Shown here: positions 47,766-56,205 of the stretch, piece after piece
Layout: each line of letters opens with the position of its first letter
Position numbering within the stretch: position 1 is the first letter of the stretch
Origin: an uncultured Bacillota bacterium
GTDB lineage: Bacteria; Bacillota_I; Bacilli_A; Izemoplasmatales; Hujiaoplasmataceae
NCBI GenBank assembly: GCA_937862575.1
Contig: CALMFM010000156.1
Location: 2,905-66,904 of the forward strand
Direction: 5' to 3'
DNA length: 64,000 nucleotides
Notes under the pieces: model-generated
What the model saw: the letters and a program-made list of their open reading frames with translations, nothing else
Told to the model about the DNA's origin: nothing
Databases searched by the model: none
Made by a program: the position numbers and the translations under genes

Positions 47766-47782
47766 AGAATTATGAACCTAAT

Positions 47783-47800
47783 AGTATTTATAGTTTACGG
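47783..47800 (-). promoter_or_regulatory. BRE-TATA promoter of the sRNA
   Basis: CCGTAAACTATAAATACT about 20-25 nt before the stem. Confidence 0.65.
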
Positions 47801-47911
47801 GTCAATGGGCTTTACATCTAAAGTCTCTAAAATGAAGGACCCTTCTTTTTCGAATATGTTAAAAAAACGTGTTCTGAATAAGATCCACGTTAGACACTTA
47901 TTTTAATAAAC

Positions 47912-48418
47912 TTAGCTCTCTTGGGTAAAAGGCAAATCATAGCTTTTAAATTCAAAACTACGAATCATTTCAAATTCATCAAGATCGTTCGTCAGCTTTT
48001 CAATAAGCTTATCCTTTTCTATAAGAGCATCTTTTGTTTCTTTCAATTCTTTTTTTCGACATATGATAGAATTGATACAATCCTGAAGCATTTTCCAGCA
48101 TTCTAGTTCGGAAATTTTCCTGTTAATACTCATTCCTCGTCCCAGGTATTTATACCAACTAATCTCTATGTCCTTATATTTAAAATTATATCGCAGTTCT
48201 ATATCTTTATCCCATTCATAGGCAAACACCGTGAATATGGAATTTGCCCAATTCCATCCAGTATTTCTAAAGGGATTTTGTTCCGAAATACTTTTTTTGT
48301 CAAAAAAATTGGCTAGGTATTCCAAAGCCGCAACAACATATTCTGGACACTCAAGATCCTGACTTTTTTGACCCATTATCAACTGTCCGAGTTCGGGTTC
48401 ATAATTCATTTTTAGCAC
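47912..48418 (-). CDS. hypothetical protein
   Basis: NPF.NTG, NFKYK.....WYKYLGRGM; likely start 48409. Confidence 0.7.
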   Translation of the reverse strand: MLKMNYEPELGQLIMGQKSQDLECPEYVVAALEYLANFFDKKSISEQNPFRNTGWNWANSIFTVFAYEWDKDIELRYNFKYKDIEISWYKYLGRGMSINRKISELECWKMLQDCINSIICRKKELKETKDALIEKDKLIEKLTNDLDEFEMIRSFEFKSYDLPFTQES

Positions 48419-48433
48419 CTCTTTCCCATAAAA

Positions 48434-49180
48434 TTAAATGCGCTTTGGTATTCTAGTTTCATAAACTCTTCTCAATGGTCTTATTTCTCGTTCCTTATCC
48501 TCAAAAGCCAATCGAAGATAAATAGTAGTGGAGGGCTCGTCATAATTTAGAGCGTCTATTTCGTTAAATTTTTGATTGCTTATTCCTGAGAGTCCTGTTC
48601 CTCCACCTATAATTCCTCTGGAAGAATTACAATTACAAGGATTATTGGTTGCTTCACAAGTAAAGGACGATCTTGTTACTGGGTAAGATATTGAATCCCA
48701 ATCGATAACAGCATACGCATAAACTCCAGGCATAGGAAATTTAGTAGGTACGAATGGTTCAGATTCTTTTATGAATGGTTCAGACTCTTTAGGTGTATAA
48801 GACCAATCATTAACAACAACATTATTGCTATTATTTGTTCCGGGTCTAAATACTACACGAATTAGCCCCAAAGAATCTGATTCTGTATCGATCTCAGCTT
48901 CTTGTGCCTCTCTAGAGTCTTTTCTGTATGCCGTAAATTTTTTGCTGGAATATTCGGGTCTTTCCAAGAAAAAGGTTTGACCTGACTCGATTCTATAGCT
49001 TCCACAAAATTCGTCATCAATATATACTTCTACGTCACATGGTTTCCCTCGACCATTATCTTTATGTCTATTAGAAAGCTGAAGAGTATATTGTTGTCCA
49101 TGCTTCATTAGAACATAATTCTTACTGGTCTCCTCTAAACATTCGGGAACCTTAACCGAAAAACCATTTAAGCTTGCCAT
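48434..49180 (-). CDS. conserved hypothetical beta-rich protein
   Basis: Y.L.L.N, V.ID, LERP...KF, GLI.V.F.P, GGTGLSG.S.Q.F; own promoter at ~49250. Confidence 0.7.
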   Translation of the reverse strand: MASLNGFSVKVPECLEETSKNYVLMKHGQQYTLQLSNRHKDNGRGKPCDVEVYIDDEFCGSYRIESGQTFFLERPEYSSKKFTAYRKDSREAQEAEIDTESDSLGLIRVVFRPGTNNSNNVVVNDWSYTPKESEPFIKESEPFVPTKFPMPGVYAYAVIDWDSISYPVTRSSFTCEATNNPCNCNSSRGIIGGGTGLSGISNQKFNEIDALNYDEPSTTIYLRLAFEDKEREIRPLRRVYETRIPKRI

Positions 49181-49282
49181 TTTAACAACACGTCCTTTAC
49201 AATTTACCTGAGCGTAAATTGGGATTTGACTTTGTTATTTCTTTTATAGTATTTATATGTTGCTGTTTAATTAATACCAAAT

Positions 49283-50233
49283 TCATTTAATAACCTCGTT
49301 TTTGTAGTCACTCATGAATATATTCCAGTCGGTAACACCATAAGACATTACGTTTCCTTGACATGATAATTTTGGAATCTGCTGTCGATGCCCGCGAGCG
49401 TGAGGAATTTGAGCAATAGTAGGAGTTAATTCTTTTATTTGTGGGTAGTCTATATGATTTCTACAAGAATTACACCATGTTTTAGAGGAAAATCTTATAT
49501 CTTTAAACTCGGACTCCCAAATGTCCTTTAGAGAACGATTCTTCAAATTTCCCTGAGAAGATATTATACCTCCCAATGTCCTTTCACTCAAACATGGGAT
49601 AACGTCTCCGTCTACTGTAATTCCACAAGAATTAATTCCGGCAGAGCACTTGTGCTCATCTTGTAAATTATCTGCCAGAACGTATTTAACATTATTCAAC
49701 TCTCTTATTTTCTTCCTTAAATAAGTAATACCTTCGGCATTTAATTGATAAACCCCTCCTGTTGTTAATTGAATTTGCCATGATTTATACGAATTTGCAA
49801 TTTCGGCCAGATCATCAAATTGCCAAATATTATGAGAGCCAAAGTTTGTAACCATTACAATTTTATCACTAGGTATCAAATCCCGATAAAAATGGTCATT
49901 GGAAACATTTATTGATTGACCAATAACATCAAAGTGTTTCAAAAGATTTTCCGAAAATAATAGCATTTTTCCATTGGTTATTACTCTGACGCTACAGTTA
50001 TATAATTTTAGAATATCAACTATCGAGATTAAAACATCGAAATCAAGTTCTCCTGGTTCTCCTCCACTTAAAGTAACAACATCTACTCCATATGATCCTA
50101 TTTCGCGAGCTACATGAAGCAAAAATTCCTTAGAGGGATTTTCTTTTCTCAGAATTTCTAAAGATCCGCAATATTTACAGTGTTTTCCGCATTTTAATGT
50201 GGTTTCCCATATTATATCTTTCAGTTTAAGCAT
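49283..50233 (-). CDS. radical SAM/SPASM protein, PlpX (splicease)-like
   Basis: WETTLKC..HC..CGS, SGGEP, ITNG, WQIQLT, CSAG...GI..DG.V..C, GNL...SL.DIW. Confidence 0.85.
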   Translation of the reverse strand: MLKLKDIIWETTLKCGKHCKYCGSLEILRKENPSKEFLLHVAREIGSYGVDVVTLSGGEPGELDFDVLISIVDILKLYNCSVRVITNGKMLLFSENLLKHFDVIGQSINVSNDHFYRDLIPSDKIVMVTNFGSHNIWQFDDLAEIANSYKSWQIQLTTGGVYQLNAEGITYLRKKIRELNNVKYVLADNLQDEHKCSAGINSCGITVDGDVIPCLSERTLGGIISSQGNLKNRSLKDIWESEFKDIRFSSKTWCNSCRNHIDYPQIKELTPTIAQIPHARGHRQQIPKLSCQGNVMSYGVTDWNIFMSDYKNEVIK

Positions 50234-50495
50234 TTTTCTTCACCTCTAAAATCTTGTTTATTTCTTCCCAATTTCTGGATATTAATCCGGCCATATAATC
50301 CCGAAATTCAGGATTAAATATTTCATATTTATTAAAATCTTCAAGGATTTTATTTTTCTTTTCCTCCCTCCAGACTAAATTCTTTGTTGCTTCCTCTATT
50401 GAAAATCCCGTTCCATAATTTTCGGGAGCGAAAACGTAAAATAATTTTTCCCGATTAGGTTTTATATAGGAATATTCCATAGCGTTACACCTCAA
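50226..50495 (-). CDS. hypothetical protein
   Basis: operon member; likely start 50480 after GAGGTG. Confidence 0.55.
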   Translation of the reverse strand: MRCNAMEYSYIKPNREKLFYVFAPENYGTGFSIEEATKNLVWREEKKNKILEDFNKYEIFNPEFRDYMAGLISRNWEEINKILEVKKNA

Positions 50496-50647
50496 ATATT
50501 GGACATTTTCGACATCCTTGAATAAGCATTTATAAGATGAGAATTTTCTTTAATAAATTCACAAAGATGTAATCTCTGCTTTGTTTTATTTTCTATTATA
50601 AAACTTGTCGAACTGGAATTTGATACAAATCCTTCTCTATGCTTCAT
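50492..50647 (-). CDS. 51-aa peptide with MKxRxGFVSNSSSxSF N-terminus
   Basis: GAGGAG SD; MKHREGFVSNSSSTSFII...; missed by the ORF track. Confidence 0.7.
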   Translation of the reverse strand: MKHREGFVSNSSSTSFIIENKTKQRLHLCEFIKENSHLINAYSRMSKMSNI

Positions 50648-50672
50648 ATAATCTCCTCTCCCTGCTTAATTA

Positions 50673-50888
50673 TTACTCTTTAAAGGCTGGTTTTTTATAT
50701 TCTGGTTCAGAATATCCAAGATCTTCAAACCAATTTTTTCCAAATCTTTTTTTAAGCATTTCGTTTTCGTCTTTACTCAAGTTTTCGGGCAATAATCCTC
50801 CGCTCATATTCAATAAGAGATTATTTGTTTTATCCTCCCAATCAAAATCGTTCGGAATTTCAAGAACTACTTTTTCATCCGTAGACAT
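50673..50888 (-). CDS. hypothetical protein
   Basis: first gene after the TATA at ~50905-50920. Confidence 0.6.
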   Translation of the reverse strand: MSTDEKVVLEIPNDFDWEDKTNNLLLNMSGGLLPENLSKDENEMLKKRFGKNWFEDLGYSEPEYKKPAFKE

Positions 50889-50919
50889 ACCTTAACCTAT
50901 TCTTTAATACTATTTAATC

Positions 50920-51756
50920 TTATCGACTCTCAACTATTCGTTTTATATCTTCTGAAAATAATTTATTAAAATGGAAATTAATACTTATTGTTGTCAAAGA
51001 TCCCATTTTTAATCCAGATCTCAAGGATACATATTCCAATAGTCTTGCTAATCCATACCAGTTTGATAGTATCGCAAAAGCATCATGAGATCTAAAGCCC
51101 ACGCTAAGATTCAATGTTCCATCTAAGGGCCAGAATACTAGCCAGTTCATGCAAGGCACTTCAGATTTTCTTAAATCTACAGAAGGAATCCACGCTGTAC
51201 AAACGGCTCTCCTTGTATTTGGATTCATTATGAGCAACTGGATAACCTCTTCGATTTGATCCATTTTTTCGGAATCTACCAAAGTAGTATTTTCAAAAGA
51301 TTGGAAGGATACCTTGGCAAGTCTGGACCATCTTTTTCTGAGGCGTTCAAAGTAGGTATAAACAAATCCCAAGTCCAGCTCCGTTAATTTTTCAACATCA
51401 TTAACTTTAATAATTCTTTTATTTAAATCAAAATAATTTAATATTTGTCCTATAAATCCTCCAAGATAAGGAAGAGCATATTCTTTTTCAATTAGTTCCG
51501 GTTTCATCGTGCCATAAACTAATTGATTTGCGTAATCATCTAAAAATTTTCTATTATATTTAATAATTCCTTTTTCGTGTAATTTATCTAACTCTTCTAA
51601 ATCTTTTATGGGATTTTTAATCGTTGCCGTAAAATTAAAAATTGCGCTCATTTCATCTCCCCGCTCATCCTTAAAATCAATTCCATTGTATAATAACACT
51701 TTTAAGGCAGAAGAATATGATGAAGCTATCGAATTTGATTTTATAGAATTATTCAT
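50920..51756 (-). CDS. thyA: thymidylate synthase (archaeal type) or dUMP-modifying homolog
   Basis: YTY.ERL, DQI, TRRAV...W.P..D...PC, FRSHD, N specificity residue, H. Confidence 0.85.
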   Translation of the reverse strand: MNNSIKSNSIASSYSSALKVLLYNGIDFKDERGDEMSAIFNFTATIKNPIKDLEELDKLHEKGIIKYNRKFLDDYANQLVYGTMKPELIEKEYALPYLGGFIGQILNYFDLNKRIIKVNDVEKLTELDLGFVYTYFERLRKRWSRLAKVSFQSFENTTLVDSEKMDQIEEVIQLLIMNPNTRRAVCTAWIPSVDLRKSEVPCMNWLVFWPLDGTLNLSVGFRSHDAFAILSNWYGLARLLEYVSLRSGLKMGSLTTISINFHFNKLFSEDIKRIVESR

Positions 51757-51769
51757 ATAATTTAAAGAA

Positions 51770-51984
51770 TCTTCGGAAACAAAAAAAGGATGTATAAAAT
51801 CACCAACCCAAAAGAACAGAGGTATTCAACACGAAAAAAAACAAATGAAAAAGAAAGCCGCTATTAGAGTACCATATAATATTCCGTTTTTTAACCATTT
51901 ACCATATAATATTCCGTTTTTTAACCACTCTTCAGAAACAAAAAAAGGATGTATAAAATCACCAACCCAAAAGAACAGAGGTAT
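51770..51984. repeat. nested direct repeats: 56 bp (51770-51825/51929-51984) enclosing a 28-bp tandem (51870-51897/51900-51927)
   Basis: read directly; one mismatch in the outer repeat. Confidence 0.9.
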
Positions 51985-52159
51985 CAGCTACCTTTAAGGC
52001 AATAGAAAAAAGTAAAAATAAAATTGCCATACAAACAGAATGTGATTCTCTAGTGGCCAAAAACGTTCTTTTATTTGGAAAAATTAAACCCAAGATAAAA
52101 TATATCATAGCTATAGCAGAAAAAGCTACAGTCATGTCTATACAAGAAACCTCAATCAT
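51959..52159 (-). CDS. small two-TM membrane protein
   Basis: two hydrophobic helices. Confidence 0.55.
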   Translation of the reverse strand: MIEVSCIDMTVAFSAIAMIYFILGLIFPNKRTFLATRESHSVCMAILFLLFSIALKVADTSVLLGW

Positions 52160-52163
52160 AATC

Positions 52164-52388
52164 TTATCTCCTTTCTCTCATTTTCTTTCTTTCCAAGATT
52201 TTTCTTTCTTCGGGAGATAACCACGATTCGATATTATGTATGTCTGCAATTTTTTTTAAAGCAGAATCAATATCATTTTTGGTCCAAAATCCCGAAACAT
52301 AAACAGAATCAATTAGATTTACGTCTTCATCGAAAACAGTGACTACCAAATGAGACGGGAAAACATCGCAGGAAGCTAGAATAGGCAT
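52164..52388 (-). CDS. hypothetical protein
   Basis: ORF in operon. Confidence 0.55.
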   Translation of the reverse strand: MPILASCDVFPSHLVVTVFDEDVNLIDSVYVSGFWTKNDIDSALKKIADIHNIESWLSPEERKILERKKMRERR

Positions 52389-52389
52389 A

Positions 52390-52671
52390 TCATTTCCTCT
52401 CTACAATTTTTAACCAATCCTTTGGAAAGAAAATATCTTGATTGGTATCCAGTACTGTAATATAAATATCTTTAGAGGAGGGGGTTAAAATATTATTAAC
52501 TTTAGCCCTCTTCCCCACAAGACTATTGCCGTTAAAATCTTCCCCTTTAATTATTTCTACAATATCTTTACTTTGAAACATTAATATCTCCTGAATTCTG
52601 CCAATGCGCGGGTTAAATCTAGACTGGATCTCCTGACGGAACCACATTCTTTGGGGAAGTGTCTTTTCCAA
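52390..52671 (-). CDS. hypothetical protein (SH3-like)
   Basis: D.V.II.G....GK...V pattern; start uncertain. Confidence 0.45.
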   Translation of the reverse strand: MEKTLPQRMWFRQEIQSRFNPRIGRIQEILMFQSKDIVEIIKGEDFNGNSLVGKRAKVNNILTPSSKDIYITVLDTNQDIFFPKDWLKIVERK

Positions 52672-52865
52672 ACGTATATTGTTTTATTTTCTTCATCTGT
52701 TTTCTTTTCCGCATCTTTAATTTCTCGATTATTCTCTTCCATATCCCGTTTGAGGTCTTGAGCCTTTTTCAGAAATCTTTCCGTTTCGTTAATTATCTCT
52801 TCAAGCTTTTCAATCCTCATAGTTTCTTGTCTCCCAAATTTTTCCCATCTTATGTTTTTCTCCAT
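52581..52865 (-). CDS. coiled-coil hypothetical protein
   Basis: C-terminal RRSSLDLTRALA..R. Confidence 0.55.
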   Translation of the reverse strand: MEKNIRWEKFGRQETMRIEKLEEIINETERFLKKAQDLKRDMEENNREIKDAEKKTDEENKTIYVWKRHFPKECGSVRRSSLDLTRALAEFRRY

Positions 52866-53034
52866 TCATTTCTATTTCTTTATCAAACTCAATTTTACGT
52901 ACCCATGTCAATTCAGTTATAATATTATTCTTTACTTTAAATTCTAATCCAGAAGAACCCACAATTTTATAAGAAACTGTGCCCAGGTCTTTTATAACCA
53001 TCGATCCTTTTATAAAATTATCTTCCTCAGTCAA
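52810..53034 (-). CDS. hypothetical protein
   Basis: AGGAG SD, TTG start. Confidence 0.45.
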   Translation of the reverse strand: MTEEDNFIKGSMVIKDLGTVSYKIVGSSGLEFKVKNNIITELTWVRKIEFDKEIEMNGEKHKMGKIWETRNYED

Positions 53035-53196
53035 AGCGGCCTTCTCTCCTTAATTTCATAAATTATTTAAACATTAAAAACCTATTCCAATACCATCTTC
53101 GAGTCTCAACGGTTCATTTCAAAAAAATCACTATCGTTACATTTTAATTCGTTTCCTCCGATTTCTGTATAATTAGTTTTAGTATTAATAGGTTTG

Positions 53197-54924
53197 CTAT
53201 GTCATCACCCTCTGTGCCAAAACCCTTTCCGATAACTTTTCTTTCCTTTCAAGTATTGCGTTTACTCTGGCTTCTATGATACTTGGACTATTTAATTCGT
53301 AAAAAGTCATTGGGCGCTCTTGCCCCTTTCTTTCTATCCGCCCCATGAGTTGAGATAATTTAGCTGGATTATAAGGCTTGTCTACTATAATCATTAATGA
53401 CGACATTTGTAAATTGTGGCCCTCTTCTCCGGCTGAACTCATTAAAAGAACTCGAGTATCTTCGCGGAATTGTTTCAATTCGTATTCTGTATCACATCCC
53501 CCAATTAACATAGAACAGGGCTCTTTTAGAATACACCTCTTGATCAATTCCAAGGCTTTTACATATGGAGAATATATTATAATTTTTTCCCTCCCCGACT
53601 CCTCAATTATATCGGCAATCTCCTGAAGCCTTGGGGTTAATTCTATATCCTCCGGTTTAATTTTTCCATTTATTAGTTCTTGAACTCTACAGCAGGGAAC
53701 ATACTCTAAAGAATTTTCCTTCACAAGATCTAATTCTGTCCATAAATCTAGTTTCGTTTGCCCTTCCCTCAACAATTCTTTAAAATTAAAAGGTAACAAA
53801 TCTGGGGAAATAATATTTTCTCTTGCATAAGTAAAATATTTAAAGTTATTTAAATAATTAGAGGGATCTTCTCTAGCAAGTTCAAACAATTTCTTTTCTA
53901 TTCTTTTTTGTTCCTTAGATAATTCTACGTTTCGAATTATAATAGAGGATGGAGGCAAACATAAACATTCCCTCTTTTCTCTTCGGATCACAAGAGACTT
54001 AATTAAATCCCTGAATTCATCTACATTCTTTTCCCCTCGAATAATCCAATATGATTTTCCTCCCATTCCCTGTCTCATTTCTCTTACCAAAAACAATTCC
54101 GCGAATCTATCATAAGAGGGAAGAAATCCCGGACTTGCAATGTTCAGTATTGTATAAAATTCTCCCAAGTTATTTTCTATTGGAGTCCCCGTTAAACCAA
54201 TTGCAAATGACGCCGATTCTCTTAAGTCCATAATGGCTTTAGTTCTTTTAGATTTCTCTGTTTTAACCCTCATTATTTCGTCGCAAATAAGAAGTCCATC
54301 ATTTAAATAGAGTTTCGCTCTTTTAAGATCTTCGGATTGTCGAAGAAGATCATAGCTGCAAATAACATACTGACATTCCTGCGCCAGATCCCATTGCTTT
54401 CCCCTCTTAGTTTTAGTTCCATTTATAATAATTCTTCTTGGTTCCTCGAAATTAAATTTTACCAATTCATTATACCATTGATTTCTCAACGAAGCTGGAC
54501 AAACGACAAGGTTTCTCAAACCAAGATGGTCAGCATAGCCTATGCCCACAATTGTTTTACCAAGTCCGATATCTAAAGCAACAATACCCGATCCAGTTTT
54601 TTTACAAAAATCTAACGATTCTTTTTGATAATCAAGCAGCATTTTACTGTTAAAATTATTATTAAATTCTCTAGGAGGAAGGCTTCTTTTATTATACTCG
54701 TTTAAGGTTGAGTCCGAGGGATGGACCCCTAAAGATCGCAGAACATCTATAACATGAGGCTGAAATCCTTCAGAACGAACCCAAAAACGTCCCAGAGGAT
54801 TCCAATTAAAACCCATTACCGACAATTTATTCCTGAGAGGAGTAGAACTATCGGTTAGAACGGCCAGGATTTTTTCTTTAAATCCCTGAACGTTTCCAAA
54901 TTTTAATTCAGTTGGTTTGTTCAT
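53197..54924 (-). CDS. SNF2-like SF2 helicase
   Basis: DIGLGKT, VVCPASL..QW, DE, LTGTPIEN, EGHNLQ, Q..GRI.R.GQ. Confidence 0.92.
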   Translation of the reverse strand: MNKPTELKFGNVQGFKEKILAVLTDSSTPLRNKLSVMGFNWNPLGRFWVRSEGFQPHVIDVLRSLGVHPSDSTLNEYNKRSLPPREFNNNFNSKMLLDYQKESLDFCKKTGSGIVALDIGLGKTIVGIGYADHLGLRNLVVCPASLRNQWYNELVKFNFEEPRRIIINGTKTKRGKQWDLAQECQYVICSYDLLRQSEDLKRAKLYLNDGLLICDEIMRVKTEKSKRTKAIMDLRESASFAIGLTGTPIENNLGEFYTILNIASPGFLPSYDRFAELFLVREMRQGMGGKSYWIIRGEKNVDEFRDLIKSLVIRREKRECLCLPPSSIIIRNVELSKEQKRIEKKLFELAREDPSNYLNNFKYFTYARENIISPDLLPFNFKELLREGQTKLDLWTELDLVKENSLEYVPCCRVQELINGKIKPEDIELTPRLQEIADIIEESGREKIIIYSPYVKALELIKRCILKEPCSMLIGGCDTEYELKQFREDTRVLLMSSAGEEGHNLQMSSLMIIVDKPYNPAKLSQLMGRIERKGQERPMTFYELNSPSIIEARVNAILERKEKLSERVLAQRVMT

Positions 54925-55070
54925 ATTACGTTCTCCGTTTTGATCCACTTATTCTTTTCTCGATTAAAAATATAAATATCAATGACAAGACTACATTCGG
55001 AACAAAAAATAGATACATTGTTCCCATGATAGTCTACCATCGTGCCGCATCCGGGACATTTAATTCTCAT
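54921..55070 (-). CDS. 49-aa CPxCG zinc-ribbon microprotein
   Basis: MRIKCPGCG...FCSEC; ATGA-coupled on both sides; missed by the ORF track. Confidence 0.65.
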   Translation of the reverse strand: MRIKCPGCGTMVDYHGNNVSIFCSECSLVIDIYIFNREKNKWIKTENVI

Positions 55071-55546
55071 TGCTTCTCCGCCATTAACCAATCATATCTA
55101 TATTTTATTTCCCTTGCATCCCATAAAGCGCAATGTTCTACTTTATTGGGGAGATCTGGCAATTTAGGATTTCCTTTTTCTACGGTTAACTGCTTCAAGT
55201 CCATACAAAACATGGGCCAGCTTTCGGGGAGATTGATCATCTTGCCATATAATTGACATAAAATAACCCAATCATAATCACAATAATAGCCCCAAAATTC
55301 TGGGGAAGGACCAACAAAGTTAACTATTTCCTTTGCTATCCTGTCTTTAGATTTTCCTTCCGAAAAATCTAAATGTACAATCACGTTTTCCAGCAACCAA
55401 TTGTCAACTCGATCCCAGGGAATTTCTTCGAAATCTACTGTAGCGTAATATTCTTGCCCATCCTCTCTTACAATTCCGATACTTATTAAAGAAAGAGGAA
55501 ATTCTGGCCCATTTTCTGTAAATTCTAAATCTATGAAGTTTTTCAT
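55067..55546 (-). CDS. DEDDh 3'-5' exoribonuclease (Rv2179c/RNase AS-like)
   Basis: FIDLEF, LISIG, YDW, H.ALWDAR. Confidence 0.88.
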   Translation of the reverse strand: MKNFIDLEFTENGPEFPLSLISIGIVREDGQEYYATVDFEEIPWDRVDNWLLENVIVHLDFSEGKSKDRIAKEIVNFVGPSPEFWGYYCDYDWVILCQLYGKMINLPESWPMFCMDLKQLTVEKGNPKLPDLPNKVEHCALWDAREIKYRYDWLMAEKQ

Positions 55547-55827
55547 GATATCTCCATTTGCATCTCTTTCATTTCATTAATTAACTTATCAAACTTTTTA
55601 GGTCCCTTCATTTTTAATGTTTTATCTTCCAGCTTTTTCCACCAAAATTTTTCTGGTTGAAATTTGTGATGAATTATTTCATGACAATCTTTACAGATAA
55701 ATATTGTATTCGAAACCCTATGTTTAAAGGGATATTTCATTTTTTTTATTATTCCAATAGGTATAATGTGATGTTTTTGAACATTTTCATGTAAAACCGA
55801 ATTGCCACATCTTTTACAAATTGGCAC
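55543..55827 (-). CDS. HNH endonuclease
   Basis: CKRC, HHIIP, N....C..CH..IH. Confidence 0.75.
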   Translation of the reverse strand: MPICKRCGNSVLHENVQKHHIIPIGIIKKMKYPFKHRVSNTIFICKDCHEIIHHKFQPEKFWWKKLEDKTLKMKGPKKFDKLINEMKEMQMEIS

Positions 55828-55845
55828 TCAAAAAACCTCCTTTCT

Positions 55846-56199
55846 TTAATAGAACGGATAAAGCAGACTTTCTAATTTATCAGTTACCTCAATATCTTCG
55901 AAAAATCCCACAAAGATTGTATGTTCCAGATTCGAGAGTTTAATTTCTTTTTCTATTCCTTTAGATTTAACAACTCCCTGCGCTTGATCCCAGCCTTCTT
56001 TTAGACCCCGAAGAGATTCTTCAAATTCCATAAATTGATATATGTCTTTTGTCTCATTATATCCATATAGATTATTTGTGAGCCCCGTCGAAATTCCCCA
56101 GGAAAGACCTTCGAAATAATCATCTTTGATTGCTTGACCAGTCGAAGCCATTAAAATTAACAAGACTATTAGAGTTTTCATCATAAACTCAAATAGCAA
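55846..56199 (-). CDS. exported hypothetical protein
   Basis: signal-peptide-like N-terminus. Confidence 0.5.
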   Translation of the reverse strand: MLFEFMMKTLIVLLILMASTGQAIKDDYFEGLSWGISTGLTNNLYGYNETKDIYQFMEFEESLRGLKEGWDQAQGVVKSKGIEKEIKLSNLEHTIFVGFFEDIEVTDKLESLLYPFY

Positions 56200-56205
56200 T
56201 TAATA

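Noticed and set aside
49200-49222. riboswitch in the 5'UTR of 48434-49180
   Set aside because: Only a single 8-bp hairpin (CAATTTAC/GTAAATTG); no recognisable aptamer.
51770-51984. mini-CRISPR array
   Set aside because: Only two copies of each repeat; the inner pair is separated by 2 nt and the outer repeat is 56 bp and overlaps coding sequence.
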